Positions 17,633 through 26,014 are shown, counted from the first letter of the stretch. The stretch is DNA of 34,723 nucleotides from Candidatus Woesearchaeota archaeon (GCA_964201585.1 CAXNDX010000001.1:1-34723); one strand, 5' to 3'. Notes: generated by a model not told the origin, from the letters alone. Numbers and translations are program-made.

Positions 17633-18805
17633 TTACTCCACCTTCCGAAACAACTTCTGATAATTAAACCGTCCCAACATATAATCAGGCTTATATAACA
17701 AATACGCCACCGCCTCTTTTAACGAATACGCATCTTTATAATCCACAATCGCTTTAATCTGCTCCGGCGTAAATTTATAATCCCTAAAAAATAACGTGCA
17801 ATACTCAAATTCACTTTGTTTCAACTTTTCATACGTCTTAAAATGATGATGAAGCTTCGCATCATACTTTCGAATCACACCCTGAAATAACCACAACGGA
17901 TGCTTTTCCCCAAGATTAATATTAGTCACTTCCAACATCCCATTTCGTTCCAATGAAAACTTCTGAAACGCCAACTGTATCATAGAAGTTACTCCTATAA
18001 TCCCTTTTTCCATTGTCCATCTGCAGATATACAAAAACGCATCATACGTCGCCTTGCCGCATTTCTTCAGCAGCTTTTCTAACGGCTCATGCTCTTTAAA
18101 AATATGTTTTCCCTTCTTTTCAATAAGATATAATTTTACATTATTTATAATAAACAAATTCTTAAAACATTGAAACAACCGTTGCTGTTCCGTAAAATTT
18201 TCAATCGACCAGATATTATGCGTTCTATCTGCTAACTTTACCTGCATTGCTTTCTCTCGTATCCCCTCATCACGACACTGAAAAATACCAATAATCGACT
18301 TATAATAAAAATCACGCTTATGCCGTGTTAATAATCTTGTGATTGCAATAATCTCTTCTACCACTCTCAAGTCTATCTTTTCGCGTACTGCAACAACATT
18401 CATTTTCTCCTGCAATTCATGTAACACTACTTTTTCATATGCATCTAACTTTTTTATTCCTTCATTATCCTCTTTAATTTTGATCTGCTCTTTATACAAA
18501 TCCACTCGTTCCTCAACATAATCATGAATTAACCCCGCACATAATGTAACCACATCATTGACTCCTGCTTTCTTCAGATTCATCACCACATTCAACGGAT
18601 GGATAAACGGTTTCTCACCATTTTTTCTCAGGGGCATTTGTGCATACAACTCTTTTGTTTCCGTATACAAATAACAAAATAAGCCATACAACAAATGATT
18701 GGCAGCAACAAACTCTGTTGCTGCAACAATATTCTTCAATGGCCTCCAATGCTCTAACTCTTTAAATATTGTATACTCTTTAGAAAATTGATTACGTTCT
18801 GCCAT
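17633..18805 (-). CDS. RelA/SpoT-type HD-domain hydrolase (small alarmone hydrolase-like) with a long C-terminal extension
   Basis: FIHPLNVVMNLKKAGVNDVVTLCAGLIHDYVEE and QVKLADRTHNIWS match the (p)ppGpp-hydrolase HD pattern (HP...a.LLHD..ED ... KLADRLHN). Confidence 0.75.
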   Translation of the reverse strand: MAERNQFSKEYTIFKELEHWRPLKNIVAATEFVAANHLLYGLFCYLYTETKELYAQMPLRKNGEKPFIHPLNVVMNLKKAGVNDVVTLCAGLIHDYVEERVDLYKEQIKIKEDNEGIKKLDAYEKVVLHELQEKMNVVAVREKIDLRVVEEIIAITRLLTRHKRDFYYKSIIGIFQCRDEGIREKAMQVKLADRTHNIWSIENFTEQQRLFQCFKNLFIINNVKLYLIEKKGKHIFKEHEPLEKLLKKCGKATYDAFLYICRWTMEKGIIGVTSMIQLAFQKFSLERNGMLEVTNINLGEKHPLWLFQGVIRKYDAKLHHHFKTYEKLKQSEFEYCTLFFRDYKFTPEQIKAIVDYKDAYSLKEAVAYLLYKPDYMLGRFNYQKLFRKVE

Positions 18806-19027
18806 ACTCCACTCACTCTCTGCATCTATTTATATATATCATTCTTTCCCTCTACAAAAAATCAAAAAACTCATCCACAATCGTCTCCTCTTGCGTCGTA
18901 TCCCTATCATCCTCAAAAAAAGAATCAGTAACTTGTGCATGTATCATTCTGTAACACCTCTAATATGTCTATTAACCAAAAAGACTATATAAATTCACCG
19001 TTTAGAAAACATACTAAATAATCTTAA

Positions 19028-19897
19028 TCAATCTTTCAGCGCCTGGAACGCCAAAATATCTTCCGTACTCAACTTCTTCCCTTTCTTTAACTTCTCCTGC
19101 ACTTCCGCCGTTCGTTCTCGTACTTTCTGAGTATAACTTCGTGTATCATCCTCTTGAAACAACTTGCTCAATTCATCTACTCTTGCGCTCAGTTCATCTA
19201 ATTGCTTCTTCATTTCCTCAATTTTTGCTTTCTGCTCTCGTCCTTTTTCATCTAACGGCTTTTGTTGGTCACGCAACTTCTTAATCTCTTCTACAAATAC
19301 TGTCAACTGTTCATGTCGTTGTTGTGATTGCTGTGCTTTATCCTGAATTGAACGATGTGCATCCTGCGCTTCTCGTCGAGCTTGAGAAAAATCAGCCGTA
19401 ACTGTATTTGCTTCTTTCCACACATCCCCTAACGCACTTAACTCTTTATATCGCGCTCTCATCCCTTTAACCATTTTTGTTAACTGCTGTTCTTTGGTAA
19501 ATGGCATCACTTCTGTTTCAATTTTTCGCTCTAACGCTTCAATTTGATGTTTTAATCTGCCCGGTGACTCTGTTCCTTGCATCTTCTCCTGCAATTGCTT
19601 CTTTTTTTCATCCACATCTTTCTTCTCAGTAGATTTTTCCTGCACTTGAGAATTTAATTGATCTCGCTGCTCTTTCAACTTCTTCACTTCACCCGTAATA
19701 GAATCTCTCTCCCCTTTCATCTTAGAAATTTGACCTGCTCGCGCTTTTATCGTTTCACGTACTTTGCGCAATTCCCCAAACGTCGCTTCTTTTTGTAAGA
19801 ATAAATCTCGTAACTGCTGACGTAAAGAAGACACTTCTTTTTTTTTCTGCGTATATTCCACACGCAATTCATTTACATTTTGCGAAGATTCATCCAT
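19028..19897 (-). CDS. Archaeal coiled-coil protein (COG1340-like)
   Basis: About 290 aa, almost entirely heptad-like and rich in K/E/Q/L. The track start at 19906 is GTG; the first ATG is at 19897. Confidence 0.65.
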   Translation of the reverse strand: MDESSQNVNELRVEYTQKKKEVSSLRQQLRDLFLQKEATFGELRKVRETIKARAGQISKMKGERDSITGEVKKLKEQRDQLNSQVQEKSTEKKDVDEKKKQLQEKMQGTESPGRLKHQIEALERKIETEVMPFTKEQQLTKMVKGMRARYKELSALGDVWKEANTVTADFSQARREAQDAHRSIQDKAQQSQQRHEQLTVFVEEIKKLRDQQKPLDEKGREQKAKIEEMKKQLDELSARVDELSKLFQEDDTRSYTQKVRERTAEVQEKLKKGKKLSTEDILAFQALKD

Positions 19898-19980
19898 GCT
19901 CGTCACTGTGTATAATTAATTTAACTCTTAATATTATAATAAAAAAAATAAATAAAAAACAATTAAGTCTCACACGCATT

Positions 19981-20292
19981 TTATCCAAACAATGCGCCTA
20001 AACCAGCTGCTGCTGCTTCTTCAGACTTCTTAGCTTCTTCTTTAGCTTTTCCTTCGTCTTTCTTCGGTGCTGCTGCTGCTCCTGCCGGTGCTGCTGCAAC
20101 TGCTACTGGTGCCGCCATTGCTGCTTTCTTAATTGCTTCTGCAATATCTACTCCTTGTAAAGCTGCAACTAATGCTTTCACACGAGCGTCTTCAACTGCA
20201 ACTCCTGCCGCCGTAAGCACCGCTTTCACATGCGCTTCCGTAATTTCTTTTCCTGCTTTATGTAATAACATAGCAGCGTAGATGTATTCCAT
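19981..20292 (-). CDS. rpl12: 50S ribosomal stalk protein L12 (P1), archaeal type
   Basis: [19 protein letters not shown]..., an Ala/Pro hinge and the C-terminal [18 protein letters not shown] lies 8 nt upstream. Confidence 0.95.
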   Translation of the reverse strand: MEYIYAAMLLHKAGKEITEAHVKAVLTAAGVAVEDARVKALVAALQGVDIAEAIKKAAMAAPVAVAAAPAGAAAAPKKDEGKAKEEAKKSEEAAAAGLGALFG

Positions 20293-20351
20293 GGTATTTT
20301 CCTCCTTAATATTATTCTCTCTAGTTTTTATTATTTTATAGTTTTTTTTAT

Positions 20352-21191
20352 TTACAGATTAGCCTCTTCTTTGACAGACAACGCTTCTCGCTCGCTTTGT
20401 GCTAACAAGTCATCTTTTGTCTCTTCAGTGATGTATGCCGCATCCATTGCCACAGCTTTAGCTTCTTTGAATGCTTTCTGTAATAATACGTCTGATGTGT
20501 CTTTGCATGCATATGCCATTTCAACTGCTAAATTCATAGCCCATTGTGCCGCCTGCGTTACATTTCGTGCAAACTCAGCTTCATCAATATGCAAATGCCT
20601 GGAATCAAAAATAAATCCATCTTCCCAGACAGCCACTAAATCTAATCCAATCTCCATTGGCTTGATATCTAAACGCTTTAACACTTCTGCAAGCTTTGCT
20701 GAAATCACTTGGCCTTCCTTTGCCACTGTCGTATCAGTCATGATTGCAAGCTTACCTGCTTCTACTTTCGTCTTGATACCAACCGCTGCTAACTCTGAAA
20801 TGATTGGTCCAGGTGCAAAACTCGTTGGCCCTGCTTTAACAATAATCTCTCGTGGTGCAATTTGACCACCCTTAGCTGGCGCTTCCGATTTATTTTTTTG
20901 AATCGTCGCATATAACGAAAATGGATTATCTTTACTTAAGATAATTGCCGGCATTCCTTTGATACGCTCCCGCAACTGTTGAATATTTGGTTTATTTGAC
21001 TCATCTAACGCTCGTTGTAACAACTTCTTACGAGCCATGCGAATTTTCACACCACGCTTCGCAAGCGTTGAACGCATTACTTGATACTGCTGTGCAGGTA
21101 ATCTCTCTAAATTAACAATTCCAACGATAGGATACTCTTTAATCTCAGCAGTTAGCTGCTGTACTAGTTTCTTTTTTGCCTCGCTCACCAT
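20352..21191 (-). CDS. rplP0: 50S ribosomal protein L10 (P0), archaeal type
   Basis: 279 aa with a P0-type N-terminal domain ([21 protein letters not shown]). Sits between L1 and L12. Confidence 0.9.
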   Translation of the reverse strand: MVSEAKKKLVQQLTAEIKEYPIVGIVNLERLPAQQYQVMRSTLAKRGVKIRMARKKLLQRALDESNKPNIQQLRERIKGMPAIILSKDNPFSLYATIQKNKSEAPAKGGQIAPREIIVKAGPTSFAPGPIISELAAVGIKTKVEAGKLAIMTDTTVAKEGQVISAKLAEVLKRLDIKPMEIGLDLVAVWEDGFIFDSRHLHIDEAEFARNVTQAAQWAMNLAVEMAYACKDTSDVLLQKAFKEAKAVAMDAAYITEETKDDLLAQSEREALSVKEEANL

Positions 21192-21193
21192 TG

Positions 21194-21835
21194 TTAGATC
21201 CTCACCGGCTTGCTCATCGTTAACTTGAGCTGCACATTTTTAATATTCTGCGCTTCACTTGGCAATTGTTTTACTGCCGTTTGATAGACAGTTAAAATAT
21301 TATCAATAATTTCTTCATCAGGTTGACTTTGTTTACCAATCATACACTGCAAATTCATCCCCTTCTTTGCGACTAAGCGAACCGATAAATTTAATCTCTT
21401 CACTAACACTTCCATGTTCGCATTTGGTGGTACAACACACCCTAACTTTGGGTTTGGCATCTTACCTTTCGTACCTAAAATCTTACCAAACGATGCCGCA
21501 ACTTTCGCCATCAATGTTGACTGCGCCACAAAATAATCATACTCTTCTGCTAACTTCTTGGACAGCTTTTTATCCATTGCATACTTTTGAAAATCAGATT
21601 CTCTAATAACAAGATCGCAGCATTTCACCGCTGAATCATATAACTGCTGATCAACAAACGCTGCAATTTTTAATTTTGTTCCTTTCGGATAATGTAACGT
21701 TGCAAAGAAATCTAACGGTGTCTGCTTAATAACCAGATTCTTCAGATTAAATATTAAATCATACGACTGAGAAAAATTTCTCTTCGGATTCTTCTTCAAC
21801 TCTTCAACTGCTTTTTGCACTTCTGCTTTATCCAT
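21194..21835 (-). CDS. rpl1: 50S ribosomal protein L1
   Basis: NFSQSYDLIFNLKNL...AAFVDQ...ILGTKGKMPNPKLG. GGAGG lies 7 nt upstream of the ATG. Confidence 0.9.
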   Translation of the reverse strand: MDKAEVQKAVEELKKNPKRNFSQSYDLIFNLKNLVIKQTPLDFFATLHYPKGTKLKIAAFVDQQLYDSAVKCCDLVIRESDFQKYAMDKKLSKKLAEEYDYFVAQSTLMAKVAASFGKILGTKGKMPNPKLGCVVPPNANMEVLVKRLNLSVRLVAKKGMNLQCMIGKQSQPDEEIIDNILTVYQTAVKQLPSEAQNIKNVQLKLTMSKPVRI

Positions 21836-21905
21836 TTAGTAGCCTCCTACAGCGCTGTGTAACACAGATGTAGTATTAACGGTTATGCTAATAGAATGCA
21901 CCTTA

Positions 21906-21913
21906 TTTATAAA
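21906..21913 (-). promoter_or_regulatory. TATA box of the rpl1-rplP0-rpl12 operon
   Basis: TTTATAAA lies about 74 nt upstream of the rpl1 ATG. This predicts a ~48-nt leader containing the hairpin ctgtg-tta-cacag and GGAGG. Confidence 0.45.
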
Positions 21914-22209
21914 GATTGCGGTAGTGGATTTCTACTTCCCTCTGCAACTATACAGCGCAGAACGTTTTGGCAATTTTCCAGCGTCATAATTCAATTTGTG
22001 TTCCGCATATCCCTTCCCTAAATCTGCTTTCTCCATAATCAAATCAAGCCCTGCACGTTTTTCTTTTTTGTCCTCTTTGCATCTGAGAAATCGCATCTCC
22101 ACTCGTATATATTAACAACGCACTTAATCCTTTGTACATAATTCTCACTCCTCCATTAATTATCACAGAACAGAAGTTGTTTATATAGCTAATGTGTGAA
22201 ATATTCAAA

Positions 22210-22372
22210 TATTATTATACGCATTTGCTTATTAGTATATTAAACTCAAATGTTTAATATAAGATCACTGCACCTAATTAGATATAAATGTGCAGTTATC
22301 TGTAACTGTGAACAAATGTTCGAAAATAATTCCCAGTTACTATAACTCTTACGCCTCCTAGTGATTTTTTTT
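22210..22372 (+). ncRNA. Candidate small RNA: TATA box, three hairpins, CCUCC tail, T8
   Basis: TTTATATA (22180-22187) predicts a start near 22210. Hairpins are at 22235-22258, 22267-22296 and 22302-22340. Then comes acgCCTCCtagtga and TTTTTTTT at 22365-22372. Confidence 0.3.
22296..22346. repeat. 51-nt hairpin element, copy A (conserved loop ACAAATGTTCGAAA)
   Basis: ttatctGTAACTGtgaACAAATGTTCGAAAaTAATtccCAGTTACtataac. A paralog is at 23560-23610. Confidence 0.6.
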
Positions 22373-22416
22373 ATGTCTAAACCTTAATAAACCCCAACAA
22401 CAATACTGCCCAAGCC

Positions 22417-23088
22417 ATGAATACTCCCCCACCCATTACCACAAAAGAAGTCTATCAATGGATCTTTGACACTTCCTTGCACGTCATGCACATCGAATAC
22501 TTTCTCAATCAGCTGCAAGTCGGTAAAAACGATCCGCAGCGTCCACATGACATCATCGGCCCAGGCAATAAATTCGAATGGGGTGTCATCCAAGGCCTCG
22601 CCTCACAATATCTTCCCAAAGGCGAAACCCGCTATCTCCCTCAAATAAAAGCCTCGTTAGATCTTCATCGCAGGCAATATCATCATCAGCAATGGAATTT
22701 TCAAAGTGAGACTGCAACTGATGACAGCCTCAAACTTGGCGCCGTTGATACCATCTGTTCCTTACTCGAAAACCGTCCCTACCAAGGCGGCAAGCATACA
22801 TATAGCGAAATTTATTACATCACCAGTAAAAATTCTGATTCCAAATTTTTCACACTTGGCAACATTCAAAAAGAAATGCAAAAAATCAAACAACCCTCAC
22901 TTGGCCGCCTCCTCTCCCTACGCGAATTTCCAAATATTGGTATTCCTGCCGAATCATACGACCTCCTCACCACGAGAATCCAAGAAACCCTCACACACCT
23001 CAACCAAGAACATAATCTAGATATAATCAAATGTGATCCGTACTTTCAACGTCCTTCATCAAGCCCTGCCATCTTAGGCTGTCAATAG
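22417..23088 (+). CDS. Hypothetical His-rich helical protein (HD-like / DUF5662-like?)
   Basis: HVMHIEYF, RPHDIIGPG, LDLHRRQYHHQQW, AVDTICS. The pattern only loosely recalls HD-type metal sites. Confidence 0.5.
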   Translation: MNTPPPITTKEVYQWIFDTSLHVMHIEYFLNQLQVGKNDPQRPHDIIGPGNKFEWGVIQGLASQYLPKGETRYLPQIKASLDLHRRQYHHQQWNFQSETATDDSLKLGAVDTICSLLENRPYQGGKHTYSEIYYITSKNSDSKFFTLGNIQKEMQKIKQPSLGRLLSLREFPNIGIPAESYDLLTTRIQETLTHLNQEHNLDIIKCDPYFQRPSSSPAILGCQ

Positions 23089-23091
23089 CAA

Positions 23092-23499
23092 TCACACTTC
23101 AGCTCTTTTTGTCCGTATTGGTCCTTTCTTTCTCTTAACTGGTTTATTTACACTTCCCACTTCTTTTCCACTCTCTACTTTTGATTCTTGCGTTACATCT
23201 TCCTCAACCTTCGGCCTTGGATTCTTCATCTCCTCAACCGTACGTTTAAACGCCTCTACTTGCTTCTCAGACAGCGAACCAAAACGAATACACGCCTCTT
23301 TAATATTTCGTAAAAAATAAGACTGCGCATAAAACTCTTTGGGAATATCAAACATCTTCTTATACTCTGGATTCTCAATCTCCTGATCCAACTGCTTCAT
23401 CTGACACGCTAAACAAATCGGATACTGCTTGCGCGAAAACATCTGCACCATATTTTTCTTACACTGCGCACATCTCTGTTGATATTTTGCAACTGCCAT
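23092..23499 (-). CDS. Zinc-ribbon protein with a basic C-terminal tail
   Basis: The first ATG gives MAVAKYQQRCAQCKK...YPICLACQ (CxxC...CxxC). The track start at 23547 is TTG and would run through an intergenic hairpin. Confidence 0.55.
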   Translation of the reverse strand: MAVAKYQQRCAQCKKNMVQMFSRKQYPICLACQMKQLDQEIENPEYKKMFDIPKEFYAQSYFLRNIKEACIRFGSLSEKQVEAFKRTVEEMKNPRPKVEEDVTQESKVESGKEVGSVNKPVKRKKGPIRTKRAEV

Positions 23500-23559
23500 A
23501 ATATTATTCTCCAATATAATAAATATCCATAGATTTTGAACAAACAATTGGATATTTAC

Positions 23560-23610
23560 TTATTAGTAGAAATCCACAAATGTTCGAAAGTAATGGATTT
23601 CTACTATAAT
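23560..23610. repeat. 51-nt hairpin element, copy B (13-bp perfect stem, conserved loop)
   Basis: ttatTAGTAGAAATCCAcaaatgttcgaaagtaaTGGATTTCTACTAtaat. Identical to copy A at 34 of 51 positions, with differences confined to paired arms. Confidence 0.6.
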
Positions 23611-23774
23611 TTATCTTTTATTTATTTTTAAATAAAAAAATATTTTTTCTTCAACTTTCACCACTTCTCAAAACACAATTCGCACTTTTCTTTAAATATC
23701 TTTTCGTACCATCATAAAGTACTCCCAACCTCAAAATAGAAACCTATTTAAACACCAACAAAATCTCTTTTAAC

Positions 23775-23913
23775 AGGGGGAAGTGGTAGCGAGAAAAAAG
23801 CAAACGTATAATGGCGAACAAAGATAAGTAAACAATAATTCGTCGCCATTATATTCTGAGGAACGCAGCAAATGCGGTCAATTATTTGCGTTCCTCATTA
23901 TGCGTTGTTTTTT
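23775..23913 (+). ncRNA. Candidate structured leader or small RNA upstream of the 23960 gene
   Basis: TATTTAAA (23745-23752) predicts a start near 23775. Two 11-bp hairpins follow (23807-23853 and 23857-23897), then T6 at 23908-23913. Confidence 0.3.
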
Positions 23914-23959
23914 GTCTCCAAATATTTTTTAGCACAACAATGGAGAGGTAGTCATAGCT

Positions 23960-24412
23960 ATGCAACACGAAATAGAAAACATCAACCAAGCTCTCGAAGA
24001 ACATCTCAGCTCTATCAACGACAACTCTTTAGAAATCCAATCGTTGTTTGACTATATGCGTGAAATCGAAGTCAAGATGGATAAAATTTCTCAGCGTCTC
24101 GACCAGCTCCAATTATCCTCCGATAAAATTCCTCAAAAACACACCGTCACACCATTAGACAAAACTGAAATGCGCGTATTCCTTACATTCTACACCGAAG
24201 AACATCCTTTAACATTTCAAGAAATCGCCAAGAAAGTCAATTTACCTTATACCATGATCCCAGATTGTTTATCCGCTCTAACCCAAAAAGGTATCCCACT
24301 GCAGCGCTCCTACTTCAAAAACCAACTCTTCATTAAACTTGATCCACAGTTTAAAGAGATGCAAGCCAAAGAGAATATTGTAAATCTGTCTTTGAGTTCT
24401 TTTATGGAATAG
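23960..24412 (+). CDS. Coiled-coil + winged-helix protein (putative transcriptional regulator)
   Basis: The N-terminal half is heptad-like. The C-terminal part, EHPLTFQEIAKKVNLPYTMIPDCLSALTQKGI, reads as a wHTH. GGAGAGG lies 12 nt upstream. Confidence 0.6.
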   Translation: MQHEIENINQALEEHLSSINDNSLEIQSLFDYMREIEVKMDKISQRLDQLQLSSDKIPQKHTVTPLDKTEMRVFLTFYTEEHPLTFQEIAKKVNLPYTMIPDCLSALTQKGIPLQRSYFKNQLFIKLDPQFKEMQAKENIVNLSLSSFME

Positions 24413-24458
24413 ATACTTTTTTTTTAACTACAAAAATAATTCTTAAAACTTTCAAACC

Positions 24459-25046
24459 CTAATTTTTCGCGTTCACCGTTAAATGCACAACTAACCCGCC
24501 TTCTCCCGACTTAAAGTACTGTACTTTATCTACATACGTATGCATAAATGACGTCCCTGTACCATTATTCGTACCCGGTTTTGGCGTATTCGTAAACTCA
24601 TAGAAATCTAACATTCGCTCTCGATGCTTTCCTTCTTTATGCCGTAACACAAACGGAATAAAATCCGCATTAAGAATCCCTCCCTGGTCAATTACTGAAA
24701 TTTCAAGCGTATCTTCTGCAATTTTATACGTCAACGTTATTTTTTTTGCAGGATCCAGTTTATTACCATGCTGGTGTGCATTCAATACCGCTTCATATAA
24801 CGCCGTAAAAAAATTAGGATTATATCCTTGATTTTCCGCCTCTCGCCCAATAGGTCCAATAATTTCTCTAATTTGCCCCGCATATTCTTTTCGATTTGTA
24901 CTTAAACAAAACTCTTTGATAATATAACTTGGCTTAATTTCATACGTAGGAATCTCAAAATTTCGTAAATCGACTGTTCCTTGACGTCGAAAATGCTCCC
25001 GAAGAACTGAATCTAAACTATCAACATCAAAAATATCTAGTGCCAT
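24459..25046 (-). CDS. HATPase_c-type protein resembling anti-sigma serine kinases (RsbW/SpoIIAB family)
   Basis: N box: ALYEAVLNAHQHGN. G1: ISVIDQGGI. G2: NNGTGTSFM. It is short (195 aa) and single-domain. TTTATAAA at 25068-25075 is centred 25.5 nt upstream of the ATG. Confidence 0.6.
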   Translation of the reverse strand: MALDIFDVDSLDSVLREHFRRQGTVDLRNFEIPTYEIKPSYIIKEFCLSTNRKEYAGQIREIIGPIGREAENQGYNPNFFTALYEAVLNAHQHGNKLDPAKKITLTYKIAEDTLEISVIDQGGILNADFIPFVLRHKEGKHRERMLDFYEFTNTPKPGTNNGTGTSFMHTYVDKVQYFKSGEGGLVVHLTVNAKN

Positions 25047-25163
25047 ACGCTCTTAAAATCAATCTTATTTATAAACATTTCTCTAAAAAGTGTTACTATA
25101 AAGTAAAAACAGAAAAAAACGACATCTCCCAAAATCTCAAAAGAGAACTTCTCCAAAAATAAC

Positions 25164-25994
25164 TTACTTCCCTTTCCTCACAAACGCATGCTTAATTTCA
25201 TCGCCATCAAACCCTTCCGGCGCTTTTCCCGTCATCGCATAATGATACAACGCCGTCAAGTAAATCCCTTGTAAACTCGCACTCACAACACTCAACCCCA
25301 CCCAATACACTAAAACAATAACTCCCACAATTAACACCGCACTCAGCGAACCACTTAATAACGCAATTCCTAACGGCACAATACCAAGTACTCCCAGCAA
25401 AAAGAATATCCCTCCCATCGAAAACTGCCCAACAACCGTCTCCCCCCACGTTTTCTTCAAAATATGCGTAGATCCTTTAATCGATTCAAACACCGATTTA
25501 TTCTCAAAAATCATCACGGGAACCACAAAAAAAGTAAGCAGCGTCCACGCCATCCCCAAGAGAGACAACACAATTTGTCCTACAAAATTATTCTCTAACT
25601 TATCTGAAATCATGCGTAAAATTAACCCAACCGTCGCTGAAATTACCGCCCATAACAAAATATTTGGCAAATGCTTAACCGCCGCATTCATTCCATCTTT
25701 AACCGTCGGATCTCCGCCTTGCAGTCGTATCCGCGCACACGCCACTAACCCTACATTAAAAAAAATCACAATAAAATAGCTTAAGATATAATACACAAAT
25801 AATAAACTATATAACATCACTCCTGGCGCAAATAACTCTGCTACAAATAACGGAATCACAAAAGACAGCAATAGCCCCATTGTAATAATACCTGACAGAA
25901 TCGGAAACCACATCATCTCCTTATCTTTTAATAAGATAGCATAACTCTGCTTCACAAGTATCCAGCTTCTTGACCAAGTTTCAAACATAACCAT
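25164..25994 (-). CDS. Multi-pass membrane protein, family not recognised
   Basis: 276 aa with about six hydrophobic helices. Confidence 0.65.
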   Translation of the reverse strand: MVMFETWSRSWILVKQSYAILLKDKEMMWFPILSGIITMGLLLSFVIPLFVAELFAPGVMLYSLLFVYYILSYFIVIFFNVGLVACARIRLQGGDPTVKDGMNAAVKHLPNILLWAVISATVGLILRMISDKLENNFVGQIVLSLLGMAWTLLTFFVVPVMIFENKSVFESIKGSTHILKKTWGETVVGQFSMGGIFFLLGVLGIVPLGIALLSGSLSAVLIVGVIVLVYWVGLSVVSASLQGIYLTALYHYAMTGKAPEGFDGDEIKHAFVRKGK

Positions 25995-26014
25995 CTACAA
26001 CTCTCGTTCTATTT

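Noticed and set aside
18852-18947. 31-aa acidic ORF (MIHAQVTDSFFEDDRDTTQEETIVDEFFDFL) upstream of the HD gene
   Set aside because: It has a GAGGTG-like SD and an upstream TATA-like box. It is very short with no recognisable fold or homology, so I did not call it as a feature.
20371-20865. 164-aa + strand ORF antisense to rplP0
   Set aside because: It lies entirely within a confidently identified ribosomal protein gene on the opposite strand and has an Ala/Ser-rich antisense-type composition. The same reasoning applies to other antisense track ORFs, such as 78-350, 2258-2515, 4247-4623, 7248-7557, 19164-19346, 28285-28587, 29064-29753 and 33565-33846.
21847-21960. L1 autoregulatory mRNA site in the rpl1 leader
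   Set aside because: Archaeal L1 is known to bind a 23S-like site in its own mRNA in methanococci. I could see only a small hairpin (ctgtg-tta-cacag) and could not match the L1-binding consensus by eye.
22312-22330. GTTCGAA in the conserved loops as a tRNA T-loop
   Set aside because: Flanking bases do not form a 5-bp T stem. No acceptor, D or anticodon arms can be drawn on either strand. I found no tRNA in the window.
23092-23547. Long form of the zinc-ribbon ORF starting at 23547
   Set aside because: That start is TTG and would translate through the 23521-23557 hairpin (MFVQNLWIFIILENNI). The first ATG at 23499 has GGAG upstream and begins right before the CxxC motif.
23500-23700. Replication origin (inverted GAAATCCAC repeats next to a very AT-rich tract)
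   Set aside because: The repeats only vaguely resemble ORB elements. No orc1/cdc6 gene is nearby, and none of the sampled regions showed a change in strand-skew sign. This is insufficient support.
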